Source: Antedon mediterranea (Eukaryota; Animalia; Echinodermata). Taken from it: DNA of 64,000 nucleotides. The position numbers were made by a program, and so were the translations under genes. Positions 1 through 12,597 of the stretch are shown piece by piece. The stretch lies in contig NC_092676.1 of assembly GCF_964355755.1 (NCBI RefSeq), positions 19,920,871 to 19,984,870 of the forward strand, written 5' to 3'. Numbering within the stretch: the first letter of the stretch is position 1; every line of letters starts with the position of its first letter. A model generated the notes under the pieces. The model had not been told where the DNA came from. It did no database searches and saw only the letters and a program-made list of their open reading frames with translations.

Positions 1-756
1 GTTCATAGTCATTCACAACATTTTTGCTAACCAAACAAATTATTAAAATTCAAGTGTCATACTTTATATTTGTAGTAAATACGAATAGTTTTTTATTATA
101 TAATATTTTCAAAATATTGCATTCATTTTATGTCTTACAAAGTACATTGAAAATGAAATAATTAAAATAAATTTTTTCTAGGAAAAAAAACATAACATTT
201 CATTTGGTTGTGTTTAGTGGATTAAATTTCCGAATGACATGTGTCAAAGAATGATAAATTATATTATATTATTATATTATTATTATATACTCTTAATCTG
301 ACACAGCATATTCATTGAAATTATGAGCTATTTTAAATAAACTGTGGTTTATTTAATTTATTCAATTTAAAGTTGTTTTGCAAATTCTGTAAAATCTTAT
401 AGCTATTTATATTCTGGACAGCATTTTTACCTCCAATCACAAAAACATTGCTTGCTTCTATATGTACATGGGATACAAAAAATAGAAATTTTTTATCAAA
501 TGTCGAAATATTAATACCAATTACTACAATATATACTACTAAATACCAGTTGACTATCCCAATACTAGAATATCTGAAAAATCTTGAAAACTCAGGAGAG
601 ACTAGACCAAACTTTTCTTGTGGTCCATTTTATCATTAAAAACACATTGGGAATACCAGAATATCTGGAAAATCAGACAAGTACAATGGAGTCTTGTAGA
701 GTTGACTGTAGTGTACTCTAAATTCATTGATTACATGATTCTTTTTGTACATATAG

Positions 757-842
757 GTTGGTGGTCCAGATAAGTTACGAGCAATACCACAATTCTGCTT
801 TCCAGATGCATTTAAGTGGGCACCAGTTGAGCAATACCGTAG
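757..842 (+). CDS. DENND2B: DENND2 exon (VGGPDKLRAIPQFCFPDAFKWAPVEQYR)
   Basis: AG at 755-756, GT at 843; uDENN motif. Confidence 0.9.
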
Positions 843-3800
843 GTATGGCCTTTAAATTTCACTTAATATACACTTGCATATATCTTGTGGTAAATAATTC
901 TGCTTTCCAGATTCATTTAAGTGGAGCAATACTGTAGGTATGGCCTTACAATTTTTAGCTAAGCAGCTGCTCAACATGAAGGGACGATATAGAGGAGATA
1001 AAAGTTGTTGTGTGTGTGTGTCATCCGCACCTGTTCAGGCTGCAAAACACAGATTATTTCGCCTATTTAATTAATTAACCACTGGTATAACACTTTTTTA
1101 AACCTTGTGACATATGTACTCTGCATCATCATTGCTGCGTAGCAGCTATCTAAATTCTGGACAGTAATTTGACCTCCCATCACACGAACATTGCTTGTCA
1201 GATCCGAAAGGTCATGGTTTGCCTAAAAAAACTCACCTAAAACGACCTAGGCCAAGTTTACGGCTTTCACTTCCTGGAAGTGAAATCAATTATTGCAGGC
1301 GATGATTGCTGCATAGTCCATAGGAGGTCATTTGCTATCCAAATGAGAAGCGTTGCAACCCCTCCGCCTCTATTTTAAAGTAGGCTAGATCCGCCCGCTG
1401 CTTAGTACAATATTTGCTTGAGCAAATTTGTAGGCCGATGTCCACAGCCATTTCTAGTTTATTTATATAATTTAATAAAAATTCTTTTCTTTTATGTTAT
1501 ATTTAGTGAAACATTCTCGTTTGTTCTAACAAGTGAAGATGGATCCAGGTTGTATGGTTATTGCAGAAGACTTCTGGTGTGTAACAATACTTTTACTTTC
1601 ACATAAATCTTTTGTCTGCCTTTTCTTTGTTTTTATTAATCTTAGATACAGTAAAGTTATTTCCTTAAATTATCATACTACAATTTTAAAAGATGTATTG
1701 TCTGCCAAAAACATGAAAAATGAAGATTCATTTAAATCAGACTTTGCATAAGTTATTTTATAGTTTTAATAAAGTTAATCACTTCCGAAGAAAAAAAAAC
1801 AATGTTTTCACTTATATAAGATAAATAAATATTATGTGACATTAAAATGGCATATAAAAAAAAAAAAAATTATTTTTCAGGGGAACAATACATCTTTAAC
1901 AAATTTGTCTACTTTAAAAAGTGTCTCCAGGTTTTGCTTAAAGGTTTTTACTTTAATTTGTTTTTAAGTAATAGAAAATTCACCAAAATTGATTCTCATT
2001 TATGTACACTTAGGGCAAAAAAAGTATGTTTAATAAAAAGACTAATCAATTTACACACAATAATATTTTTATTAGAAAAAGTTACTAAACATTGAAGTTA
2101 GTCGAAAATCGGTAAAATCAAGATTTATTTCATGACGTTTGTTCTGCTCCAAAGCTGTTAAAAAAGTGTGGTTATATTAACGTTATTTTGAAATAACCAG
2201 TAGCCAAAAATCCTTGGTTTTTTAATATACGTAATTATCTATTTATACCTGCATGATGTTTTGTCAAAGTTACTGATTACTACTTTATTAATAACTTCTT
2301 ATCTATTAAGGAAATGCCTCAAATTAAGGCAGCCAATGTATCAAAGTATAAAGCCCCGTCTACACTAATAACTAGTTTGACAAAAAACTGTGATGTGCCC
2401 AAATATGGTAGTAATATGCTTAAATATGGTAATGATATGACATCATCACGTCCATATATGGGCACAATGATAGTAATAGTGTAGTTTAATAGTGTACTGT
2501 AGACAGAGCTTAAAACTCAAATATTTAGGCTATTGAACACGTGTCAAGCATGCACGCTAATACCAGTAGTACCTCCTCTTTGTATGATGACTAACGAAAC
2601 AAGCACATTGTGTCACTCTGTGCAGTACACTAACGATCGTGTCCTAGGAAACTGATCATGTTCACCCTTTCTTCTCCAAGTTTAGTAATTTCCTACGATA
2701 ATTTACATTCGATAACCTAATGTAATAATTGTTTAATTGTTACGGTTAATGGTTGGTTACTTTTATTAGTCTTATTAGTTGTCGACAAATTTAGATTTAG
2801 ATTTTGTTTGCTACGCCTAAATCATGTTCACTTTTCTTCTCCGAGTTAATAATTTCCTACAGTAATTTACATCCAATACAAATAATGTACATAATATAAA
2901 AATAACGCTTAAAAGAGAAAAAAGCGTTATTTTTATATTATGTATTTACAATAAACGTACTCTCACAAATAATGTAATTCTTATTAATTGTTTAATTGTT
3001 AATTGTTACAGTTAATGGTTACTTTTGGTATCTTATTTTTTATGCCAACAAATTTAGATTTACATATTTTGTTTTAACTCTGCTACGCCTAAATCATGTT
3101 CACACTTCTTCGAGTTTAGTAATTTCCTACGATAATTTACATCCAATACGCCTAATGTAATTATTAATTGTTTAATAGTTAATTGTTACGGTTAACGGTT
3201 ACTTTTGGTATATCTTATTTTTATGCCGGCAAATTTAGATTTACATATTGTTTATGCCGACAAATTTAGATTTTACATATTTTTTTTCAACTCTGCTATG
3301 TTTGCTATGCCTATAATTATATTATAAAATATTTAAATTCAGTCTTTAAAGGAAGTCATGTATAATAGGATAAAATTGAAATAATATTGACAATTTCCAT
3401 ATTCTGAAGTTTATCATTATTATTTTTAAATATGAAATAAGTTTTAAATTTGTATGTGTAATAAATATTTTGAAAATTGTGAATTTAATTCTTTAATAAT
3501 TATTTTACCATAAATAAATCATTTGATTGACATATTTTTGTAATATTTTAAAAATGTATTATGCAATGTTTTTTTTTTCTTTTTGTTAAACTACGAAGAA
3601 AGTCTTTAGTTCCTACTTTTAATTTCTTGTGATAATCAACGAAACTCTTTTGAAATTCTGTTTTTTTTTATAAAGAAAAAGGTACTGTTATACTCGGTAT
3701 ATTCAATGTTTCTATTTTACTATCAAGATAAAAGGCATGAAATTAAGTGTTTCTTCCAAAAAACTTTTTTTTTTGCAGAATATAAATGTGTTTGATAAGA

Positions 3801-6800
3801 AGCATATATTTTTAATACAGTGCATAATTTTATTTTTAAAGTAACAACATAATAACAACAAAAAATGTCCTGTTTTTACAGCCACCGGGAGATGGACCTA
3901 GGCTGCCAGAGGTACATTGCATCATCAGCCCAATTGGATGCTTTCCACTGTATGAAAAATTGTTAGACCTAATGGAGGAAAGAAGGAAAATCACACCCGT
4001 ACATGTTGACGTCCTATTAAAAGCAGCAATTGCAAGGAAGTTTCCGTCACCGGTAAATCCATTTTCATAAATTCTTAAAATGATTGCAGATAAAGGTCAA
4101 ATTACGTCTGAAAAAATAATGTTTATAGACATTGTGGAAGTTGACCGGTTACTAAATGATGTAAATTGAGATGTGATATTCAGCCATAATTTGTATTTGT
4201 CACTTTTTAAATTAGGAAATATTTTATTTACACACTTTTTTATTTATAGATAACTAAAACTTTTTATATTATTTTTTATAACTTTTTAAAATATTTTACC
4301 ATGTTGTAATCAAGTTTCATTACCGAGATTTATTGTAAATGGGGATAGCCCTCAGCGAAGCATGCTCGTATTATTGTGTACATGTATGCTTCAGAGTCAA
4401 CAACCACAGACGGTGTGTACCACATTAAAAAAAACACCCAATATATCATTAAGTAGAAATTGTAAAACCTTGGCGCCATTAACCAAAATTTGCCCTTACG
4501 TAAATTTATATATTGATAATGAACTTGTAAAGATTAAGAGAGTTTAAAGACTATACTATGTATTATATTATTAAGTTATTTCAGTTGAAATACATTACAT
4601 TATTAATTGTTTTCAGTCGAGATGCTAAAAGCAATTACAAAAATATAAAGACATTTGTAACTTTATGATGAATATCACATGCACATGCTATATTCATAAT
4701 AACCGGAAGTTTGACAATTTACCAGAAACCTTTAGGGCAGTGTGCGTGCAAATCTGGTTAAATTAATATAATTTGTTTTAACTTTAATTTGATTATAAGT
4801 ACAAGTAGTCGAGTATTAAAAACAGATGAGTTTAAACATTGACTACATTTAGCATAGAGTACATACATGTGCTTGGAAAGAAAGTACCCAGTTTAATTCT
4901 GTTAGAAATTGGGACTTACTGTAGTACATAGGACAAAAGGTGGAGAGTATGTGTATTTAAGGGGTAACATTTAAGGGGTAACATTGTTATACCAGGAAGA
5001 CATTGTTTACGAATTTGTACAATACAGCTGAAAATTGTTGCAACGTAACCCACGTTCCAGCTTTGTTTATGACTGCGATCCTGTAAGAGGCATTGTTTTG
5101 CCACTTGTGAATGTCAGTGAAGTGGGCCAACTAGGAAAGTGGAAAGGAAGCAGTAAGCAGTAATTAATAGCTCTACTGTACAGCCAACACATCCCCTTCT
5201 TTCATCCTTTCTATGATTGTCGCCCCCCCCCCCCCTCCTAAACTAATAACCTTTACATGCCCCTCTTGATTACCAATTTCTTTTATTTAAAGTTTTAATA
5301 CACCCATTGGGACACCCCTATAAGGTGACACAAGGGGGAATATATGTTTTAACACTATTACTTCTATTCAGTGGACATACTAAAGGAACACATAATTATG
5401 GTAACTTATTATTTGCAGGGTATGGCAGTTGAACTAAGAGTTCCAACATATACAGGTACAGAAGAACACAGTCTAAGACGCCCTCTAGACTCAAGGCTAG
5501 AGCAGGTATGGTACTATAAAAGCTTTGTTAAAAACATTTCTTCTGAAAAGCTGTCTTGATTGGATAGTCTTACTTCACCTTAATTTAACTTGATAGGTGT
5601 TTTTTTGAATGCCATGTTCAATTCAATAATTATTTTACACAGTACATTAAAAATTCAAGATCACATTTCATAAATTTTGAGACATGACTATACCAAGTTG
5701 TCTGTTTCCCGAGGCAAGATGCTTTTTTAACTCAGCTTTCGCATACGCTGTCAGGTTTCCGATATTCATGCAAATAATGCACGTAACGACAAATCTCTCT
5801 GAAAAACAGTAACCATTTCCTAGTTCTAAGAATATGTAGCAGATATATCAATAATAATAATAACCTTCTGTTGGATCATATATAAATCCAAAAAGGAAAT
5901 GTCAATTCTGTGGATGAAAATGTCTTGGTACAATTTGATGAAATATTAGCTGAAAGATAAAGAAAAACAGACACAGACATTGCTTTATGTTAACACATCC
6001 TTATAGTGTATCGTTGCCGTGTATCGTTGCCATTTGATTGGTTGGTTTATGTATCACGTGCCACGCATTATTTGAACCCATCTCACGATTTTTGGCAAAC
6101 TATACTTTGTAAAAATTTGTGCTTGTGTTGTTCGAAAACCAAGCTGTAGTGTGGGCCATCTGTAACGGCCGATTGGCCTTAGACATTTTACAGTAGCTAC
6201 CGTAAAACCTCAAAAAGAAGCCCATGGACTTCTTTTTTTGGGGCTCTTGTGTGGGCTTTCTTTCGAGATTACTTTTGTAAACTGAAGAGAGGGGGGCTAC
6301 TTCGAAATGAATGCTTAGTTATGTTGTAAACTTCTACTACAATAATATTTTTTAGACATTCTGTCCATTCAACATTAATTATTGAAATATTTTGAATATC
6401 TTTCCAGGTTGACTTTGATTTCCTCAGTTCAAATCTTGACAACCACATGTTCATACAGTTGTTTGCGTCCCTCCTGATGGAACGCAGAATTATTATGTGT
6501 TCTAACAATCTTGAGTATGTACAAGTTTTAATTAATTCACGTTATACTTATTTATTGATTAGGTTTTACAAATTTTTAAATTTTTTGTTTCATTACCCAT
6601 ATTTAAAACAGTCCAAAAAAAAAAACAAGCATACATTTACACTACATTAAATGGTAACAATAATAGGAGCTGTTAGAAGTAAAAAACTTGTCTTATACCA
6701 ACCCCTAAACAGAAACAGAAATTATTTATTAATACTAAAAATAATAAAATAATTTATTTATTGTTCATAATGTGCATTCAATCATGAGTTACAACCCTGG

Positions 6801-9800
6801 CACTAGGTCAGGATTGAACCCCGTACCTTAGTATTGTAAAGCAAGCATGTTAACCACTAAGCTACAGCTCCACTACAATATACAATGTTTTTCTTCAATA
6901 ATTATACAGACAATTAATTTATTGTTTATTTATTCAGCACCAATCCATTCTTATTGCTACTGATGTACTGTATTCATTATAGATGTGAATATTTTTTGCT
7001 TTTTTTTTTATAGAATTCTTTCCCAGTGTTCACAAGCAGCAGCAGCTTTACTTTATCCATTCTCATGGCAACATGTGTACATCCCAATCCTTCCAGAGAA
7101 GCTGATTGATATGGTGTGTTCTCCGACGCCTTACATTGTAGGAATGCTTTCCATTGGTATTCCAAAACTTGATGAACTTCCTTTAGATGAGGTAATGTAG
7201 AACCAAACCTTCTTTGGTGGTTCTTGATTTCATGACCACTATACATTCTTCTAAACACTAAATTCTTGAATTCACTAAACACTACATAACACTAGCATTC
7301 AAAACATGAACACTATAAGTACAAACACTATGAATACAATACCTAAATACTATGAATACTACAGGTAAACGCTATGAATATACTGTAGTACAATACCTAA
7401 ACACTATGAATACTACAGTTAAACGATATGAATATACTGTATTACAATACCTAAACACTATGAATACAATGCCTAAACACTATAAATACAACACCTAAAC
7501 ACTATAAATACAGCACCTAAACACTAAGAATACATACCTAAACACTATGAATGCAATACCTAAACACTGAATACAACACCTAAACACTATAAATACAGCA
7601 CCTAAAGACTACGAATGCAATACCTAAACACTATGAATACAATACCTAAACACTATGAATATAATACCTGTTTTAATAATAATTTAAATTGTTTCTTTGA
7701 TCACACAGGCTCTTGTCATTGACTTGGATGCGAGGGATTTCCATTACGTTGTCGGTGATGAATCAAGTATTATTCCAAAGAAACTTTACCAAGCCTTACT
7801 TCGTGCCTTGACGATCGTCAAATCGTCTACATGTAGTCAGGAAAACCTGGATTCATTGGATGCACTTGAGGGTAATTATTTTACTCCTTGCCATTTAAGT
7901 TTTATATTCGTTTTATGAATTTTAACTAATTGTACTACTGTATATTTAATGTTGTAAGCTGGAAATTCTGGCTTGCAAGCTATAGAGCTTCATTGATGCT
8001 TCAAACGTTTTTGTCAAACAAATAAATGATTATTTGTGGGAGGTTAGAAAACAAAATTATGGATATTTTTTGTCTATTTGTGCAGAATATTTCTTGGTAA
8101 TAATTTAAATGATAATAAGAATATTTGATTTAAATTTATTCAAAAGTACATTCCATATAAGTCCATTTTACACAGACGAGCGGTAATGGTAGGCGGATAA
8201 GCATGTGCTTGTCCCACGTAGATTCTGTATCTATACAATAGCGGGTTTCCACTTAACCACCCGGTCGCTCAGCGTTTTCTATGATTTTCTTTTTTTTTGT
8301 CTTTTTAATCAAAATGCTTTAATAACCTTGCCTAGTTTAACATCTTGTTGTTAAAGCTGTCCTTTGCAAGGTGTCTCTAATTTTCATTTTTTAACATTGA
8401 AAAAGTAATACTTTTATTGGTTATCTATTTAATCGATTTGGTTTCAGATCCAGAGACTGTGAACGCAGCAATTTCAGAAGTATTCATTCGGTTCTTTGTT
8501 GAAACATGTGGACATTACTTAAACTACATGGTACACAAGCCAGATGGATCGTACAAGTTTGACCGCGAAGGATTCTTAAAAGCAATGCCCTCTAAAAGTA
8601 TTCGCAAGTTCCTTGAGGTGTTTACAGAATCTCAAATGTTCTCGCTGTTTATTCAAGAGAAAGAGATGAGTGATGAGGGCCTTCCTCAAGGTAACCTTTG
8701 ACATATTAATTTGATCTTTGAACCTTTTTTTAATGTCAGGCTACCTACTACAGTTGGGGTTAGGAGTACATGTTTAGTATATTGCACTGTTTCAGTTTAG
8801 AGCCAGGAGTACACAAGCAGTGGCGTATTGCATAAGAAGGCCCCTGGTAGTTGCATTGGGACTGCTCATGATCTGGGGCCCCTTAAACTCTAGGGTCCCT
8901 AGGTTTAGGAAGTCAGCGCTCATTGCTGTTACACCACTGTACACAAGATTTTTAATATATTTGACATACTATTGATGTATCAAACAAATGATTTCAGTTT
9001 TTAATACCAAAGTAGTAATCATGCCAAAACTTTACCATTTGTCTTTACAAGATCAATTTCCATCCATTTTGTCTCTGTTTTTTCATTTCAGTTTAGCTTT
9101 AATATCTCTACCTGGTGTTTCTTTCATAGCCAATGCTAGCCTGTTCTGCTGATGAAAGCTTTAATTTCTTTACACAGGATTTTAATATTATATTTAACAT
9201 ACTATTGATGGATATTTTAAACAAATGTTTTCAGTTTTTATTACCAAAGTAGCAATCTTGACAAAACACCTTAGTTTACTGTTTCTGATTAGTTTACATA
9301 TATCAAATTGCTATTCATTTGGTCTATTGTAGCTCGTATTTTCTTACAACATAGCTCATTTTTCACCAACTAAACCTTTCTCTACACAAGATTTTTAATA
9401 TATCTGACATACTGTTGATTGATGTACCAAGCAAATGTTTTCATGGCGGTAGTTATCATGCCAAAACACTTTCTGTTTCGTTTACATTATCAATTGCTAT
9501 TCATGTCTCATTATTTCGTAATTATCTTTGCCTGGCATTTCTTAGAACATACAGTAGCTCATTTTTCACTTTTTTGGGCTGTTTAAAGTTTAAGTTAGTT
9601 TATTCACCAGTTAAATATATTGGAAGTTTTCCAAAAAGCTTAACTTTTCCTTACAATTACTGCTGTAATCTTGCTGTACAGAGATTATACACTGTATATT
9701 GGACAATTAAATTTCAATATCTTTTCAAAGGTTATCAAGTTAAAGTAGGATTTGTTATGGCCCTAGAAACAATCCGTGTAACTTTTTATTTGTTGTCAGG

Positions 9801-10399
9801 TCTGTTTGAGAAAAACATACGAGAATATGAAGCAGAATCTAAAAACCATGCCAGGTTTGGAAATAAAGTGAAAAACTTTGGAAAGTTTATCAAAGATTCA
9901 GGTAAGCAATGCAACTACTGTAGAGCCCATGTGGATACAGTGTAGGGCCAATAAATTGGACTCTTAAGGGGTGTCCCTGAAATGGGGTTGGCTGTATGTT
10001 AAAACATATTTCCTCCATTTGTTGCACAGGAAAGTGTCACTTTAATAAGAGTGTCCACTAGAAAGGCATATTGAGTTCAACCCTCTTGGGGTGGGGTGAG
10101 GGTGTCCGGGGATCTCTGGTCCATAGAAAATATTTGTTTATAGGATAATATTTAAGTGGGTTCTAATTTACTTTGTCTGGTTGTAGTATATTCCTAATAA
10201 ATGTACAGTATTGTGTAACGATTTTGTTTTAAAAGGGAGAGTTAAATTATAATGGAAAAAAAGATTTCCTATTTCCATTTAATAAGTTATTGTTGTGTTG
10301 ATGGCAAAATAAAATGTTGCATAATTTGTTTATCTTGTAGGTCAAAGATGGAATGGAATGAAGATTGGATTAGCTGCTAGTCTTAAAGACAGAGTGTAA
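757..10399 (+). CDS. DENND2B: DENN domain-containing protein 2 family (ST5/DENND2B-like Rab GEF), 3' part; 10 exons, 5' exons upstream of window
   Basis: Exons 757-842, 1507-1576, 3882-4052, 5419-5505, 6408-6514, 7014-7191, 7709-7871, 8448-8690, 9800-9901 and 10341-10399 join in frame via GT-AG introns. Motifs AIPQFCFPDA, SETFSFVLTSEDGSRLYGYCRRLL, GPRLPEV, LRRPLDSRLE, LLYPFSWQHVYIPILP and FLEVFTESQMF match uDENN/DENN/dDENN of DENND2 proteins. Paralog assignment is nominal. Confidence 0.93.
955..1460 (+). mobile_element. Helentron-associated (HINE/DINE-like) non-autonomous element
   Basis: Starts TTTTTAG; sub-terminal inverted repeat CTAAGCAGC (959) / GCTGCTTAG (1397); (TG)n microsatellite near 5' end; 3' hairpin ATTTGC-TTGA-GCAAAT. 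Confidence 0.5.
1507..1576 (+). CDS. DENND2B: DENND2 exon (ETFSFVLTSEDGSRLYGYCRRLL)
   Basis: AG/GT flanks; phase fits neighbouring exons. Confidence 0.92.
1691..1895. mobile_element. TTAA-flanked MITE (Kolobok-like), family AGATGTATTGTC; other copies 11704-12028, 59805-60154, 60159-60590
   Basis: TIR AGATGTATTG...CAATACATCT with TTAA-type flanks; shared internal sequence between copies. Confidence 0.7.
2352..2510. mobile_element. PIF/Harbinger-type MITE, family AGCTCTGTCTACAC
   Basis: TIR, TAA/TAA duplication, internal CCCAAATATGGTAGTGATATG repeats; at least 7 copies in window. Confidence 0.75.
2655..3310. repeat. Degenerate tandem repeat, 3 copies of variable length (about 165-280 bp)
   Basis: Recurrent TCATGTTCAC...AGTAATTTCCTACGATAATTTACAT at about 2657, 2822 and 3094. 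Confidence 0.7.
3882..4052 (+). CDS. DENND2B: DENND2 exon (PPGDGPRLPEVHCIISPIGCF...KFPSP)
   Basis: 171 nt, phase 0-0, not in ORF track, translated by hand. Confidence 0.9.
5419..5505 (+). CDS. DENND2B: DENND2 exon (GMAVELRVP...LRRPLDSRLEQ)
   Basis: 87 nt, AG/GT flanks. Confidence 0.9.
6408..6514 (+). CDS. DENND2B: DENND2 exon (VDFDFLSS...FASLLMERRIIMCSNNL)
   Basis: Core DENN motif; AG/GT flanks. Confidence 0.92.
6795..6870 (-). mobile_element. tRNA-derived SINE head / tRNA pseudogene
   Basis: Minus strand GGAGCTGTAGCTTAGTGGTTAA (A box) ... GGTTCAATCC (B box); anticodon stem does not pair. Confidence 0.55.
7014..7191 (+). CDS. DENND2B: DENND2 exon (ILSQCSQAAAALLYPFSWQH...LPLDE)
   Basis: Core DENN motif; AG/GT flanks. 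Confidence 0.93.
7270..7670. repeat. ~22-bp minisatellite (AATACCTAAACACTATGAATAC)n
   Basis: Visible tandem periodicity in DENND2 intron. Confidence 0.85.
7709..7871 (+). CDS. DENND2B: DENND2 exon (ALVIDLDARDF...DALE)
   Basis: AG/GT flanks; phase consistent. Confidence 0.9.
8448..8690 (+). CDS. DENND2B: DENND2 exon (dDENN: PETVNAAISEVFIRFFVETCGHY...)
   Basis: dDENN motif; AG/GT flanks. Confidence 0.92.
8818..8939. mobile_element. 122-bp hAT-type MITE
   Basis: TIR CAGTGGCGTA / TACACCACTG; exact 8-bp TSD TACACAAG (8810-8817, 8940-8947). Confidence 0.8.
8940..9510. repeat. Degenerate ~220-bp tandem repeat, 3 copies
   Basis: TACACAAGATTTTTAATATAT...CATACTATTGATG recurs at about 8940, 9171 and 9383. 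Confidence 0.7.
9800..9901 (+). CDS. DENND2B: DENND2 exon (GLFEKNIREYE...FIKDS)
   Basis: GLFE motif as in the DENND2 C-terminus; AG/GT flanks. Confidence 0.88.
10341..10399 (+). CDS. DENND2B: DENND2 probable terminal exon (GQRWNGMKIGLAASLKDRV*)
   Basis: Strong acceptor tttatcttgtag, phase-1 compatible, TAA at 10397-10399. Confidence 0.72.
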
Positions 10400-10815
10400 A
10401 ACATTTGTTGTTCTGATACTAGTTAGAGTTGGACGCTTGCAAAGATAGAGTTTAAAGCATTTGATGTGGTTACAGTATTTGCTAGAGTTGGACGCATGCA
10501 AAGACAGAGTGTAAAGCATTTGATGTGGTTACAGTATTTGCTAAAGTTGGACGCTTGCAAAGATAGAGTTTAAAGCATTTGATGTGGTTACAGTATTTGC
10601 TAGAGTTGGACGCATGCAAAGACAGAGTGTAAAGCATTTGATGTGGTTACAGTATTTGCTAAAGTTGGACGCATGCAAAGACAGAGTGTAAAGCATTTGA
10701 TGTGGTTACAGTATTTGCTAGAGTTGGACGCATGCAAAGACAGAGTGTAAAGCAATTGATGTGGTTACAGTATTTGCTAGAGTTGGACGCATGCAAAGAC
10801 AGAATGTAAAGCATT
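10385..10815 (+). repeat. 59-bp minisatellite starting inside the DENND2 last codons (about 7 copies, one more near 10990-11062)
   Basis: Unit AAAGACAGAGTGTAAAGCATTTGATGTGGTTACAGTATTTGCTAGAGTTGGACGCATGC. Confidence 0.9.
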
Positions 10816-12597
10816 TTGAGTCAAACGTCTTGACTCGTCGGTGCTGTCTGAGTTGAATCCTGACGAGACAAGTCTTTTTGAGATATCGTTGGGTGTAGTT
10901 TTTAGGTCGTCGGGAGAACTTTAAACAACGAGACGACTCGTCATCTGATGCTGTCTGTGTTAGCCTTACAATTTGCACGCTTCCTAAGACACAGAGTATA
11001 GAGCATTTGTTCTGGTTCCGGTATTTTCTAGAGTTGGACGCTTGCAAAGACAGAGTGTAAGCGTACAGAAAAGTACTTTTAGAGACGTTATTTTTCACAA
11101 GATGAATTATTGGATATTTTTTGTTCATTATATAAACTTGTTTATGTGTTAAGTGATTCACGGCATGTCTAGAAAAATTCTTAAAGTCTTAGTATTTTTG
11201 TTTATTTACTCAGGTATTACACAATATTAATATTTCATTTATGATTATGCAAAGGATGTGTCTATTGTTTGGTTTTTGTTTAAAGTAATTCATTTTGTTA
11301 ACTAAAAAATGTAAAATATGTATTATTGTACATCATGTTTATAAAAATCATATATTACATAGATTCTGTTTCTGCTGCATAGTGCTGAATAAACCGTTTA
11401 TTTCAAAATAGATTTAATTTTATATCAACTGCATTTCTGCTCAACTTTTGCTCCTAAATAACCGTTTAAATCAGTGGGTGGTCGTTGAGGGAAATCATTA
11501 ACAGTACTCACAATGCAATGGGCACTGGCAGTGAATTCAAACATTACTGCAGTGAAGTTGAGGTCAGCAGCTGTCAATAAAAAGCATTCATTTGTATTTC
11601 CATATTAGTCTGTTACACAATGTTAAAAGTATAGAGCCTGAGAACATTGTTTTCTGTGTTGCTTCTTATGTATTCATTTCCCAAAATGTGGTAGGACTGT
11701 TAACGATATATTGTCCCCCTTAACAAATAATTTTTATCAAAGATTATTTTTAATAGGCCATTTAAATGTGACATTAATTAATCCCTTTCACCAAAAATTG
11801 GGCCGAAAAGCGTTATTTACCCAATAAACTGTAATTTAAAGGGAAAAAAATAACCCAATCTCTATAAACAACAGCATTCTGTTGATTCCGTCTTCTTTAT
11901 AAGCGGGGTGAGATGGGGGTGGGGGGGGGGGAGGTGTTTGAGGAATGTGAATAACTTTAATATTGCAACTACAAAATGGCCTATTCCAAGTTTGATTTTG
12001 TTCATCAATTTAAGGGAACAATAAATCGTTAAAAGATTGCTTTTGTAAGTTGTCTGTTTATCAACAGTTTAAGGCAAAGTAGAATATATTGATTCAGAAA
12101 TTAAAAAAATGATGAGGATAGAGTAAGAAAGATAGAATGCGCTTTTCTACTATGCTTGCTATTTCAGTTTAGAAGTTTTGCAATGTAACTGATAATTTTA
12201 AAAAGAATTGCATGTTTCGCTATTATACTAAAGGTAGTTCTACCTTGCATGAATGAATACATACTGTTGTAATTTGTTGTTCCGATTTTTGGAATATAAA
12301 AAAATCTTATTATAATATATAAAGCATCTGAGATGTTGTAAAGTAAATTCGTTTTATACAATAATATGTATATGAATATGTAAATAGGTTTCAAAAAGTA
12401 ACTTTTGGAAAGAATTGTATTAAAAGAAAGAAGAGATAATAAAGTAAAATGTGATTACCAATCAAATATTAATATTGTATAATAATTTAGGTTTTAGTTA
12501 TTTTTGCTATTCATTTAATATGATTTTAGCCTAATTTCTTATATTGCCATAATCCAAGGCCTATTATAGACTTTTTAAAATTTAATATAATATAAAC

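Noticed and set aside
6795-6870. Functional tRNA gene
   Set aside because: Anticodon and acceptor stems do not pair.
9415-9945. 176-aa ORF as an independent gene
   Set aside because: Only 9800-9901 resembles DENND2; the rest is intron open by chance.
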